Of a stretch of 55,744 nucleotides of DNA, positions 27,967 to 38,090 are shown in pieces; the stretch's first letter is position 1, and every line of letters starts with the position of its first letter. Source of the stretch: Gammaproteobacteria bacterium (GTDB taxonomy: Bacteria; Pseudomonadota; Gammaproteobacteria; SZUA-229); NCBI GenBank assembly GCA_029881275.1, contig JAOUMX010000003.1:1-55744 (forward strand). The letters are read 5' to 3'. The position numbers were made by a program, and so were the translations under genes. The notes beneath the pieces were generated by a model. It ran no database searches. It worked only from the letters and a program-made list of their open reading frames with translations, and was not told the origin of the DNA.

Positions 27967-30528
27967 TTACTGAAGCAGACTCAATACCAGCTGTGGTAAT
28001 GAGTTAGCCTGTGCCAGCATGGCGACACCGGCCTGCTGCAGTATCTGCGTACGGGTCAGATTAGCTGTTTCAGCCGCAAAGTCTGTATCTTGAATTCGAC
28101 TACGTGCAGCGCTCAGGTTTTCTATGGTACGTGTCAGGTTTGAAACCGTGGTTTCAAATCGGTTCTGTACCGCACCCAGATCCGCACGAATTTCATCGAT
28201 TCGAGCCAAAGCACCGTCAGCAATATCGATAGCTGCATTAGCACCGGTTACTGAACTGATATCAATCGAATCAACTGTCTGGTTTTCACTGGCCTGCAGT
28301 TCATTAGCCTCACCATCAAACAAACCACCTGCAGTTTGTGCAATTGATGAATCTACACTGAAGTAACCACCATTTGATTTAAACTCAATTGAACCACCCA
28401 CAACAGTTGAATCTCTGTTATCAGCATTACCACCACCTGCTTCCAGACGAGTGGCTGGGCCTGTTGCACCCGTAACATCAAGAGTCACAGGGGGATTACC
28501 CAGACCATCTATAGCATTTGAACTATCAAAATTTAATATAGATATATTCTCACCGGTGTCATGTGTCAGGGTAATTGAAGCACCATCAAGACTCAGCTCA
28601 GCATTAACGCCGGTTTGACCTGAACGATCATTAATCGCCTCAGCAAGTGAGGATAAATCACCCGTTGTCACATTAGCCGAAATATCAGTACCATTTAAGT
28701 TAAATGAAACTACACCATCCAGGCTTAAATTAGACAATGTTGCTGTAGTAGTAGCCGTTGCCAGTACACCGGTGGAATCAGCCACTGCATTAATCTGTGC
28801 CACGATGCTTTCAGCATCTGCATTAGCCGACACATCGACTGTTGCAGTTACTTCACCGTTGATAGTCAGCGTTTGTGTCGCAACATTATTACCATTATCA
28901 ATATTCGCTTCACCAAAACCAGTTACCGTTGCAGCGGTACCTGCGGTTGCGATATCAAAAACACCACCATTGTTATTATTCAAACTTGAAGAAATGGTAT
29001 AACCTGCATCTAAAATAACTTCAATGGCTGCTATAGCTGTACCACTATCACCACCTGCTGCACTTTCACCAATCGCTGTGCCACCAAAATTGATATTTGA
29101 ACTAGCAACAGCAGCTGTAAATACTGCAGTATCAGTACCATTATCACCTAACAGACTTGCATCACCCGTAGTCTGAGCTGTGCTGCTATCATAAGCAATA
29201 ACATTTACAGTTGCATTTGTATCAGTTGGGTCATTAAGGAAAACTGTAGTAGTAGCTGCAGGCGTATCTGTATATGCAATTACACCTGTACCATCCGCTG
29301 TCAGTGAGGCAGTCACGTTAGCATTACCATCCAATGCTGACTGGAAAGCTGCTGCAACAGCAGCCTGATCAGTTACATCTACTGCAGATAAATCCAAAGT
29401 TACAAGATTACCACCGAAGCTGATCTGTACACCGGCTTCTGCTTCAAAACCTGCAAAAGTGTCAATCTGAATTGCACTATTATCAGTCACCAAGAAGTCT
29501 TCAATACCAATGTTTGTACCATCCGCATTAGAAATAGTTACCACGCCTGCTGAAGATACAGTTGCTTCATGTGTTGTATTACTTGTGGCCCTGGCATTAA
29601 TTTCTGCAGCCAGCTGATCCTCAAAGTTGGCATAGGTAATTGAATCACGATTAAATGATATCGCATCAGCCGTACCTGTATTGGTTGTAAGATTGAATGT
29701 CACCAGATCGCCATGGTTAACGCCAGCTGTTGCTGACACATCAATATCCACACTATTGGATGTTGGTGCTGATGCAGAAACACCAGTTAAATTCAAACCA
29801 TCAATCGCTGCTGCCAATGTAGCGCCTGTAGCATCTGCAATTGCAGCAAGACTGGCTGATTGCGTATTACCTTCAGCATCTGTCGCAGTAATTGTTTGTA
29901 GCAATGTTGCACCGGAATATGCTGCTGATGCATTAATCACCTGAGCATAAGATACAAAATCACTATTAGTCGCATTTGAAATACCCAACACTTCATTATT
30001 GGTTGAAACTTTATTAATACCCAGAACATCAGCAGTTGCACCAGATACATTTACATTAATGGTCTGATTGGCTTCTGCACCCACCTGGAAGGTCTGTGAT
30101 GTAAATGAACCATCCAGCAGTTTCAGGCTGTTGAATGATGTGGTATTCGCAATACGATCTAACTCGGAAATCAGCTGGTTAACCTCAGACTGTAATGACA
30201 GACGGTCAGTTGCAGAGTTAGTCGAGTTAGCAGACTGGATGGCCAGCTCACGAACACGCTGCAGAATGTTGGTTGATTCCTGTAATGCACCTTCAGCGGT
30301 TTGCGCTAATGAAATCGCGTCATTCGCATTTCGTGCTGCCTGTGTCAGGCCTCGAATCTGAGACGTGAAACGGTTTGAAATCGCCAGGCCCGCAGCGTCA
30401 TCTTTAGAGCTGTTGATTCGCAGACCGGATGATAGACGTTGTAATGACGTCTGTAATTCACCCTGGCTACGGCCCAGGTTACGTTGAGCATTCAAAGATG
30501 CAAAGTTGGTATTAATGACTTGAGGCAT
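27967..30528 (-). CDS. fliC: Giant flagellin (853 aa from the preferred start)
   Basis: It has the conserved N-terminus [45 protein letters not shown] and C-terminus [55 protein letters not shown]. About 580 aa of central sequence is rich in T, A, N, S and G. The ATG at 30528 has an AGGAGA Shine-Dalgarno sequence. The ORF-track start at 30561 adds 11 aa. Confidence 0.95.
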   Translation of the reverse strand: MPQVINTNFASLNAQRNLGRSQGELQTSLQRLSSGLRINSSKDDAAGLAISNRFTSQIRGLTQAARNANDAISLAQTAEGALQESTNILQRVRELAIQSANSTNSATDRLSLQSEVNQLISELDRIANTTSFNSLKLLDGSFTSQTFQVGAEANQTINVNVSGATADVLGINKVSTNNEVLGISNATNSDFVSYAQVINASAAYSGATLLQTITATDAEGNTQSASLAAIADATGATLAAAIDGLNLTGVSASAPTSNSVDIDVSATAGVNHGDLVTFNLTTNTGTADAISFNRDSITYANFEDQLAAEINARATSNTTHEATVSSAGVVTISNADGTNIGIEDFLVTDNSAIQIDTFAGFEAEAGVQISFGGNLVTLDLSAVDVTDQAAVAAAFQSALDGNANVTASLTADGTGVIAYTDTPAATTTVFLNDPTDTNATVNVIAYDSSTAQTTGDASLLGDNGTDTAVFTAAVASSNINFGGTAIGESAAGGDSGTAIAAIEVILDAGYTISSSLNNNNGGVFDIATAGTAATVTGFGEANIDNGNNVATQTLTINGEVTATVDVSANADAESIVAQINAVADSTGVLATATTTATLSNLSLDGVVSFNLNGTDISANVTTGDLSSLAEAINDRSGQTGVNAELSLDGASITLTHDTGENISILNFDSSNAIDGLGNPPVTLDVTGATGPATRLEAGGGNADNRDSTVVGGSIEFKSNGGYFSVDSSIAQTAGGLFDGEANELQASENQTVDSIDISSVTGANAAIDIADGALARIDEIRADLGAVQNRFETTVSNLTRTIENLSAARSRIQDTDFAAETANLTRTQILQQAGVAMLAQANSLPQLVLSLLQ

Positions 30529-30626
30529 AGCCTTTCTCCTGTTCTTCAGCCGCTTAACCAAGTCGACTGAAGTTACGACTTGTTTGTGGCGAAATTAACG
30601 TAAAGTTAGTTGTTCTTTCAGTGAAT

Positions 30627-30653
30627 GTATCGGCTTTACCCAGGTTTACTTTA
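30627..30653 (-). promoter_or_regulatory. Sigma-28 (FliA) promoter of the flagellin gene
   Basis: The minus strand reads TAAAGTAA-N11-GCCGATAC against the consensus TAAAGTTT-N11-GCCGATAA. It lies ~100 nt upstream of the ATG. An A8-GTC-T7-G-A8 tract (30665-30691) sits immediately upstream and resembles an UP element. Confidence 0.75.
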
Positions 30654-30845
30654 GAAAAATTTAGAAAAAAAAGTCTTTTTTTGAAAAAAAATATTAACTT
30701 GTTGATTTTGCTATCTATTTCATCAAAAGAAAAGGCTATTTAATAACTGATTTTAGCCCTGAAACGGGACTTTTGCCGGGTTTGCCGGAATAAATAAGAA
30801 GAGCTGGAACCATCTGAAAATGCCGTTGAGTGCTAACAGCAAAAG

Positions 30846-30918
30846 GGATTGCCACGCCAGGGCCGCCATGACCGAGGTGAATTGTCATGGCGAGACGTGT
30901 TTTACGTCACAGCAATCT
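30846..30918. repeat. GC-rich nested imperfect palindrome (REP-like element) between flgL and the flagellin promoter
   Basis: The inner 9-bp stem is cgccatgac/gtcatggcg (30863-30871 with 30883-30891). The outer arms are gattgc/gcaatc (30848-30853 with 30912-30917). Its GC content stands out from the AT-rich surroundings. Confidence 0.5.
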
Positions 30919-30990
30919 AGATAGCAGGCGCACATGACTTCGCTGGCGCCCACCACAACATGGAAAAAACTGGCTCTAACCTGTGACAGT

Positions 30991-33366
30991 TTAAATAAAA
31001 TTAAACAACGACAAGTTCTGTATCTTAACAAAGGTCTGCTGGGCTATCTGCAACACCGACGTCTGGAAGGTCATATTACTAATGGCTTCAGCCAGGTCCA
31101 GATCTTCAATATCGGATCGAATTTTCTGCATGTGTTCTTTTTTAGCCGCATTGGTTTCCAGCTGACTATCGATGGCGTTCAGTCGCCCACCAATACTGGT
31201 TTGTATTTTGGTCACGCTGTCGAAGGCCCGACTCAGATTATTTAATGCATTATCAATCTGCTGGGACAAATAGGAACGGTGTGGTGTGCCGGATAAAAAG
31301 CTCACCGCGCCATTACCCACGGTAATTTGCGGAATCACAGCACCAAATAAATTGGCTGCACCGACACCTGCCGCTTCAGCCACCGTAATCGTGGTACCCG
31401 GACCCGTTGCCGTGGTCGACAATGCCAGACCACCCACTGCGCTTTCAGTCGCAATCGCCACCGGGGAACCAAATGCGGAATTGATGGCAGTGTTGATGGC
31501 AGCCAGCAAAGCCGCCGATGTACCATCACCCACACCAACAGGGGCAGCGGTATAATCGACTGCGGGAATCACCACATTCTGAGTGACACCATTCACTTCA
31601 AGTGAAAAAGTACGATCGGCTGCCGCGACAGCGGAAAGATCCAGGCCCGCAGAAATATCGACACGCAAAGCAGCAATATTGGTTGCCGTCGCCGGGGTAC
31701 TGGCAGCTGATGAACTGGCAATGGTATTACCACTGGCCGTTAGACTTAAGACCGCATCATTGGCTACCGAGTCGCGTAAATTGCTAATACTAAATGTATT
31801 CTGATTATTTCTGGTGCCACCACTGCTAATAAACTCTATCTCTGTACCGGTCGCATTCAGTCGAAAAGTAATATCAGTACCGGGTGCTGAACCGGCAATG
31901 GTCACCGAACCATCGGGGTTAGTTACACCTGCAACGGCAGTGATTTCAGTAAAAATCTGTCCCGCAATGGCAGCATTACTGGCAGCACCAACAGTAAAGT
32001 TAATGGGTATAAACTGATCGTTGAACTGCATATTAAAATCAATCACGTCACCGACATCAAAACCGTTATTCACAAAGTCACCGCCAATGACACCACGAAC
32101 ATCAGCTGAGATGGGCGCTTCCAGACTGTTAATCAACTGATTTAAGGTATTAAACATATCCTGATGACGACTGGCTTCAACGGTAAACACATCACCATCG
32201 GCCGGTTCACCACTGATCTCAACCTGTATACCGTTAAAGGCAATGATGCCGCCATCACTATAAGCCTGATTAGCTAACACCGTGACACCGGTGGTGTTAT
32301 TAATCACACTGTATTCAAACTGGGGTGGATTGGCTGGTGCATCCGTTCCAGTAACTGAAAGACCACCACTGATGAAATCAGCAATCACAGCACCGCCAAG
32401 ATCAACATCACCATCGAAGTTACTGATAACCGGTGCCGTACTGGTTGCTCCGGTGGCGGTTCTGGCAATGGTAATGGTTCCAGCATTTTCGCTGACAGCA
32501 TAATTAGTTGTACCTAGCGCAGTGGCGATGGCTGCGGCCATTCCTGCCGGATCATTCACATTGGAGGCCAGGGTTACCGTAGTGGTATCCACATCAAAAC
32601 TGACCTGATCTGTCGTAAAATCAAACGATGCCAGTGCAGACACATCAATAGCATAACTGCCTGCAGTTGGCTGGTTTTCGCTGAACACAATGGAAAAATC
32701 GTGTGCCTGAACAAGCGAAGACGTGATCACCGAACCGGTTGATATTTTTGCAACGCCGCCATTGGTACTATTCGCATCCACTGCAAAGGTTCCATTGCCG
32801 GTACGAATCATCTGAAATACTTCGGCACCGGAATCATTGGCAATCACCTGTCGATTGGTACCAATCTGTATGGCCAGATTACCCTGGTCACCGTTATACA
32901 AATAGTTACCATTACCATCGCTGACAAAGGGCTCTATGGCAGACTGAAACCCGGCAAAAATAAATTCGCCACTGGCATCACGGGTATTGGCATAACCGAG
33001 TAATTCCTGAAGTTTTTCGCGTATTTCCGCGGCAATAATACGCTCTTCCTCACCACCATAAGTACCAATATTCGCAGCCTGTATGGACAGTTCTTTAACA
33101 CGAATTAATAAATTACTGACACTATCAAGTGTGCTTTCTTCAAGATTCAAACGCTGGGTCGCGTAATTGGCATTTTCTTCATGTTGTGTCATTTGCGAAA
33201 TCACTTCATCCAGACTCATGATGCGCGCAAAAGCACCGGGGTCATCAGAAGGTGACGTAAAATTCACACCTTTGGATATTTTATTCTGCTCGGCAACCAG
33301 TTTGGCCTGCTGATCCAGAATATTCTGAACACCCTGTGTATGAAGATATGTTGTCGAGACGCGCAT
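30991..33366 (-). CDS. flgL: Hook-filament junction protein FlgL (HAP3), greatly enlarged at 791 aa
   Basis: The N-terminus is flagellin-like (MRVSTTYLHTQGVQNILDQQAKL..SSPSDDP-type motif), and the C-terminus reads RLNAIDSQLE..DLDLAEAISNMTFQTSVLQIAQQTF. About 500 aa of central sequence is T/A/G/N-rich. Confidence 0.9.
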   Translation of the reverse strand: MRVSTTYLHTQGVQNILDQQAKLVAEQNKISKGVNFTSPSDDPGAFARIMSLDEVISQMTQHEENANYATQRLNLEESTLDSVSNLLIRVKELSIQAANIGTYGGEEERIIAAEIREKLQELLGYANTRDASGEFIFAGFQSAIEPFVSDGNGNYLYNGDQGNLAIQIGTNRQVIANDSGAEVFQMIRTGNGTFAVDANSTNGGVAKISTGSVITSSLVQAHDFSIVFSENQPTAGSYAIDVSALASFDFTTDQVSFDVDTTTVTLASNVNDPAGMAAAIATALGTTNYAVSENAGTITIARTATGATSTAPVISNFDGDVDLGGAVIADFISGGLSVTGTDAPANPPQFEYSVINNTTGVTVLANQAYSDGGIIAFNGIQVEISGEPADGDVFTVEASRHQDMFNTLNQLINSLEAPISADVRGVIGGDFVNNGFDVGDVIDFNMQFNDQFIPINFTVGAASNAAIAGQIFTEITAVAGVTNPDGSVTIAGSAPGTDITFRLNATGTEIEFISSGGTRNNQNTFSISNLRDSVANDAVLSLTASGNTIASSSAASTPATATNIAALRVDISAGLDLSAVAAADRTFSLEVNGVTQNVVIPAVDYTAAPVGVGDGTSAALLAAINTAINSAFGSPVAIATESAVGGLALSTTATGPGTTITVAEAAGVGAANLFGAVIPQITVGNGAVSFLSGTPHRSYLSQQIDNALNNLSRAFDSVTKIQTSIGGRLNAIDSQLETNAAKKEHMQKIRSDIEDLDLAEAISNMTFQTSVLQIAQQTFVKIQNLSLFNFI

Positions 33367-33368
33367 AG

Positions 33369-35729
33369 CTATACCACTTCAAGTAAGGTATTAAATAAAG
33401 TTTGTGCCGTTTGCACCACACGGGTCATAGCCTGATAAGCCTGCTGAAATTTAATTAAATTCGCCGCTTCTTCATCCAGGTTAACACCGGATAAAGATTC
33501 ACGTTCGGTAATGGCGTTATTTAATAATGTGGTTTCAACTTCAAGATTAATTTTAAACTGCTGCGTTAAAGTACCTATCTCAGATACCATGGCACGATAG
33601 GACTGTTCGTAACTGGCTGAGTAATTATCAATAAATGACTGGTTCTGTAAGCCCGCCAGTAACAGCATGTTTCGATTATCAGTTGCAGCACCGTCATTCA
33701 TTTCGACAGTTAAATTATCACCAGCTTCCGGACTGCCACTGATACGTACCTGCCAGCCATTCTGGCTGACCAGCATATTACTTGAATAGGCAACATTGTC
33801 CTGAAGTATGTTACCCGTGGCTCTATCAACCACATCAAAGGTACCCGTCGGATTGGTGGGATCAAAAAAAACATCAACAGTTCTTAGAAAATCGGCATGG
33901 GTTGCATCCGTAATCGTACCGGAAGAAATAGCCACATCCCCCAGATTTGAAACCGATGACAGTGTACGAATCGGAAAGGCAGCGGCAACGGCATTGGGAT
34001 CAGTAATGATGCGTTGAAATGCAATGGCGGCGGTACGCGTGGGACGAATAAAAAATGAATCCCCTGCATTAATAGCACCACCAACGGTTATATCCAGACC
34101 ATCGATATTAAAAGGACCAGTGGCACTGGTCGCGATAATGGATTTGTCACTTAATCGAAGCAGCGTGTAGTTGGCACCATCATAACTCACTTCATAATCA
34201 GACACGGTTAAGGCAGATACATCACTGATCGTATAAAGAACTTCACCTGTACCGGTATTATTTATATTCGAAATGGCCGAATTACTCGGACCGACAAACG
34301 TAACCGGAATGCCTACAGTGGCAATGCCCGGATTAAAACTGGTACTGTTAGACCCGATACCTGCCAGTGACAACCGGGCATCCACCGTACCCACAGCATT
34401 ATCATCCAGCATATTATTAATCACCAGGGTATTACCCAGAGAACTCGGACCACCGGCTGATTGAAATTCAATATTGCTGCCATTTAACTGAAATGTGAGT
34501 GAGACACCGGCCGTGGCACCACCTGCCAGAGTATAGGTGCCATCGAGGTTATCGGTTACATTTGCATTGGCATTGATGTCCGCAATAATGCCATTGGCAA
34601 TATCAAGATTAGTATCAAGTGCGCCAACAGTATAGGCAACATTAATGGTCTGTCCGTCAAACACCAGATCAAAACTAACCGTATCACCGACTTCAAAACC
34701 GGCGTTTAAATAATCACCACCAAAACTACCGCGCAAATTACCCACGCCCACGGTGCTGAAAAAATTTGTTCCCATGTTGCCATTCAGATCCAGACCCTGA
34801 ACATGCTGCGCATTAAATGTTTCTGACAAGGCAATGGCGGTGCGCCCGAGTCTGTTTTGTGCGACATCTAACAGATTATTTCTGAAATCCAGCAAGCCAC
34901 CCAGTTCACCACCAATCGCCGTATTGCTTAAATCCAGTGAACCACCGGTACTGCGTAATCGAATGGCTAAACGATCCGGCTGTGCGGGATCAGCCTGTGC
35001 ACCTAATTGTAAAGCAGTGGTTCCGGTGACCAGTAACTGACCTGAACCCATGAGCACATTTAAAGTACCATCACCCTGCTCAAGAACAGTGACGGTCATT
35101 TTTTCTGATAACCGTTTTAAGACCAGATCCCGTTTATCCAGCAGATCATTAGGTTGCTGATTGACTGCAGCCACTCTGATGATGGCATCATTCAGGCGGG
35201 CAATATCGGCCGTTAATGCATTTACTTCATTGATGGTAAAACTGATACGCTCATCAGCTTCCTGTTCCATATTCTGCATTTCTGTACCGATGGTAACAAA
35301 TGAATGCTCAAGCACCTCTGCTGCACCCAGCAAGGCAACTCGTGGCTCGTAACCGGCCGGGTCATTGGCAACATCATTGAGAGAATTAAAGAAGCCATCC
35401 ATTGCTGACATTAAACCACCCGACTCATTGGCTACCAGAGACTCCACCCGGGTAGCAAACTCCTCGAAAATACCCATGCGCGATGTGGTCGAAGTAAACT
35501 CACGAATATTCGCAGTAACATAATTATTAACAATACGGCGAACATCATCGGTCAGTACACCCTGGCCAATAAACTCATCACCCACTCGAAGGGGGGTGCG
35601 TGTTGCCAGCTCGACATCCTGACGGGAATAACCTTCAGTGCCGACATTAGCAATATTATGGGATGTGGTCGCAAGCGCAGCTTGATAGGCATTTAAGCCA
35701 GTTAAAGATGTAGTTAAAATATCAGGCAT
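33369..35729 (-). CDS. flgK: Hook-associated protein FlgK (HAP1), 786 aa
   Basis: The N-terminus GLNAYQAALATTSHNIANVGTEGYSRQ and the C-terminus SGVNLDEEAANLIKFQQAYQAMTRVVQTAQTLFNTLL are FlgK hallmarks. Confidence 0.95.
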   Translation of the reverse strand: MPDILTTSLTGLNAYQAALATTSHNIANVGTEGYSRQDVELATRTPLRVGDEFIGQGVLTDDVRRIVNNYVTANIREFTSTTSRMGIFEEFATRVESLVANESGGLMSAMDGFFNSLNDVANDPAGYEPRVALLGAAEVLEHSFVTIGTEMQNMEQEADERISFTINEVNALTADIARLNDAIIRVAAVNQQPNDLLDKRDLVLKRLSEKMTVTVLEQGDGTLNVLMGSGQLLVTGTTALQLGAQADPAQPDRLAIRLRSTGGSLDLSNTAIGGELGGLLDFRNNLLDVAQNRLGRTAIALSETFNAQHVQGLDLNGNMGTNFFSTVGVGNLRGSFGGDYLNAGFEVGDTVSFDLVFDGQTINVAYTVGALDTNLDIANGIIADINANANVTDNLDGTYTLAGGATAGVSLTFQLNGSNIEFQSAGGPSSLGNTLVINNMLDDNAVGTVDARLSLAGIGSNSTSFNPGIATVGIPVTFVGPSNSAISNINNTGTGEVLYTISDVSALTVSDYEVSYDGANYTLLRLSDKSIIATSATGPFNIDGLDITVGGAINAGDSFFIRPTRTAAIAFQRIITDPNAVAAAFPIRTLSSVSNLGDVAISSGTITDATHADFLRTVDVFFDPTNPTGTFDVVDRATGNILQDNVAYSSNMLVSQNGWQVRISGSPEAGDNLTVEMNDGAATDNRNMLLLAGLQNQSFIDNYSASYEQSYRAMVSEIGTLTQQFKINLEVETTLLNNAITERESLSGVNLDEEAANLIKFQQAYQAMTRVVQTAQTLFNTLLEVV

Positions 35730-35785
35730 CGTCTTCCCTCAAAAACCGAAGCACCGCAAACAATCAGGATTTTTCGGCTTCTTCA

Positions 35786-36724
35786 TTAAATTATCGGCAG
35801 CTCACGGGTATTCTTTAATTCTGAGACCTGCGTTTTTAACAGATCACTGTTTCTGATTCGTTCTATTTTGCGGGCATAATCCGGATCGGTGGCATAACCG
35901 GCCTGCTGTAATTCTCGTGCGTAATCTACCGGGTTAAAACCTTTTTCCAGCGCCTGCTGATAACGCGGGTTCGACTGGATGAAATCCACATAATCATTAA
36001 ATGCCTCACCAATCGAGTCGTAAGCTCTGAACTGTGCTTTTTCGCGTTGCATGGCACCGTCTTTAAATTCCAGCGTTGCCACCGTAATCGCTTTACCCTG
36101 CCAGCGCTGATCCGCCTTGATGCCAAACAAACTAAAACTGTTATCACCATTCTCAAACTGACGCACATGCTGACCCCAGCCAGTTTCCAGTGCGGATTGT
36201 GCCATCAGGACTTCAGGCTCGACACCCAGCTCATCGGCTGCTTTAACCGCATGTGGCCAGATATCATGAATAAAACTTTGCTGATCATCCCAGAGCAGGT
36301 TATTTTCATTTAACGAACGGCTTTGTTCTGTATAGGGATGATCAATAGCGGATACCTGTGCCACAATTTTCTGTGTCACCACAGGATGTGCCAGATAATC
36401 TGACATTGTTTTTTCGGTGAATGGTTCCGTTGACTGTCCACCCAGTTGACGTTCAATCACCGCCGCCAGACCAATGCCCTTACCCGATGCAATATTCAAA
36501 CTGATTTGTTTGTCGTACATATCCTGATACATGCGTTGTTGCTTGCTATTAAACAAACCGTCTTCCGGCATGGTGTCACGCATACTTTTCAACATCATTT
36601 GCACAAACAGAGACTCGAACTGTTTGGCCACTTTTTTAATAACTTCAGGTGATTGTCCTTTTGCTTCATTACGTAAAGCAGTGAAACCCTGAAAATCAGT
36701 GTATGTTGATGTATCTGAAATCAT
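35786..36724 (-). CDS. flgJ: Flagellar rod assembly protein and peptidoglycan hydrolase FlgJ
   Basis: An N-terminal rod-binding domain (VAKQFESLFVQMMLKSMR) is followed by a C-terminal glucosaminidase domain (LMAQSALETGWGQH..NSFSLFGIK..YATDPDYARKI). Confidence 0.9.
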   Translation of the reverse strand: MISDTSTYTDFQGFTALRNEAKGQSPEVIKKVAKQFESLFVQMMLKSMRDTMPEDGLFNSKQQRMYQDMYDKQISLNIASGKGIGLAAVIERQLGGQSTEPFTEKTMSDYLAHPVVTQKIVAQVSAIDHPYTEQSRSLNENNLLWDDQQSFIHDIWPHAVKAADELGVEPEVLMAQSALETGWGQHVRQFENGDNSFSLFGIKADQRWQGKAITVATLEFKDGAMQREKAQFRAYDSIGEAFNDYVDFIQSNPRYQQALEKGFNPVDYARELQQAGYATDPDYARKIERIRNSDLLKTQVSELKNTRELPII

Positions 36725-36726
36725 CG

Positions 36727-37833
36727 CTAGATAACAATTAATTCTGCCGTTAATGAACCCGCCTGTTTCAATGCTTCCAGTATGGCGACCAGATCACCCG
36801 GCGCTGCACCCACCTGATTGACAGCCTGCACAATTTCATTCAATGAAACACCCGGCGTAAACATGAACATACGACTTTCAGGTTGCTCGATATTAATTTG
36901 AGTATTCGGTACCACTGCGGTTTGACCACCCGCTAATGGATTTGGCTGGCTCACCTGTAAATCTTCAGTAATGGTCACCGTCAAACTGCCATGACTGACC
37001 GCCGCCGGTTTAACGCGAACCGTTGAACTGATGACAACCGTGCCGGTTCTGGAATTTATAATAATCCGCGCCGGTGCATCATCCGGTGCGACTTCCAGAT
37101 TTTCCAGGAAGGAAATAAATTCAACTTTCTGTGTTGTCGTTGGTGGTGTTAAAACCTGTACTGAAACAGCATCAATCGCCTCAGCACTGTCTGGACCCAG
37201 GGCACGGTTAATTACTTCGACCACACGCTTGGCAGTAGTGAAATCACTGCGATGCAAATTTAGAACAATTTTTTTCATCTGATCAAATGGATTGGGTACG
37301 GTACGTTCAACTGTCGCGCCATTGGGAATACGCCCCACACTGGGCACATTGACAGTTACCTTGGAACCATCACTACCGGATATGCCAAAGCCACCGACAA
37401 TTAAATTACCCTGCGCCACGGCATAAATATTGCCATCGGCACCTTTGAGTGGTGTCATTAACAAACTGCCACCTCTTAAACTCTTGGCATTACCCAGTGA
37501 CGAAACGGTAATATCAATTTGCTGACCCGGTTTACTAAATGGCGGCAGTTCGGCATGAATAGACACAGCGGCAACATTTTTCAGCTGCAAGGTCATGTTA
37601 GCCGGCAAGTTAATGCCGTATTGTAATAACATGTTCTTGAAACTTTGTACGGTAAACGGTGTTTGACTGGTTTGGTCACCGGTACCATCAAGTCCGACAA
37701 TCAGTCCGTAACCGACTAACTGATTGCTTCGCACACCAGCCACAGAAGCTATATCCTTGATACGCTGCGCCTGTACAGGCGCAACTAACAGGGCACTTAG
37801 TGTTATTACTGTAATGAGTATTCGCCACAACAT
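36727..37833 (-). CDS. flgI: Flagellar P-ring protein FlgI
   Basis: It has a signal peptide ending VQAQ, then [30 protein letters not shown] and the C-terminal [18 protein letters not shown]. Confidence 0.95.
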   Translation of the reverse strand: MLWRILITVITLSALLVAPVQAQRIKDIASVAGVRSNQLVGYGLIVGLDGTGDQTSQTPFTVQSFKNMLLQYGINLPANMTLQLKNVAAVSIHAELPPFSKPGQQIDITVSSLGNAKSLRGGSLLMTPLKGADGNIYAVAQGNLIVGGFGISGSDGSKVTVNVPSVGRIPNGATVERTVPNPFDQMKKIVLNLHRSDFTTAKRVVEVINRALGPDSAEAIDAVSVQVLTPPTTTQKVEFISFLENLEVAPDDAPARIIINSRTGTVVISSTVRVKPAAVSHGSLTVTITEDLQVSQPNPLAGGQTAVVPNTQINIEQPESRMFMFTPGVSLNEIVQAVNQVGAAPGDLVAILEALKQAGSLTAELIVI

Positions 37834-37864
37834 AATTAATCTCTCTGCTATTTCCTATATCAAT

Positions 37865-37879
37865 GCAAATCGGAGGCCA
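37865..37879 (-). promoter_or_regulatory. Candidate sigma-54 promoter immediately upstream of flgI
   Basis: The minus strand reads TGGCCT-CCGAT-TTGC(A), with exact GG/GC -24/-12 spacing. It lies ~32 nt upstream of the flgI ATG, the same geometry as the flgB promoter. Confidence 0.45.
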
Positions 37880-37893
37880 GTTTTTAACTTCCG

Positions 37894-37923
37894 GGGGTCG
37901 GAGTTAAATTTGACTCCGACCCC
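37894..37923. other. Perfect 11-bp stem-loop in the flgH-flgI spacer
   Basis: ggggtcggagt-ttaaatttg-actccgacccc was read directly. No flanking U-tract is present on either strand. Confidence 0.8.
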
Positions 37924-38065
37924 TAAACTCTCATGACTTTGCATAACTTGTCTGATGATCTTGCGCACGCCGCTCTCGGCTGCTCTGGTTTAGTACTTCT
38001 ATTACTCTTAAGCACGTCGCTCCTGCGCATCCATGCGCCCGCGACATACAGGTCATCCTGACCAT

Positions 38066-38090
38066 AAAAAAAGCCCGCACTGGGCGGGCT
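38066..38090 (-). terminator. Rho-independent terminator downstream of flgH
   Basis: The minus strand reads AGCCCGC-CCAGT-GCGGGCT followed by TTTTTT. It has a 7-bp GC-rich stem and a 5-nt loop, and lies ~75 nt after the flgH stop. Confidence 0.7.

Noticed and set aside
28264-30003. An enzymatic (flagellinolysin-type metalloprotease) domain in the flagellin hypervariable region
   Set aside because: I scanned the central region for an HExxH zinc-binding motif and found none. The only His-Glu pair is in ..NTTHEATV... The region reads as repeated IN-like modules instead.
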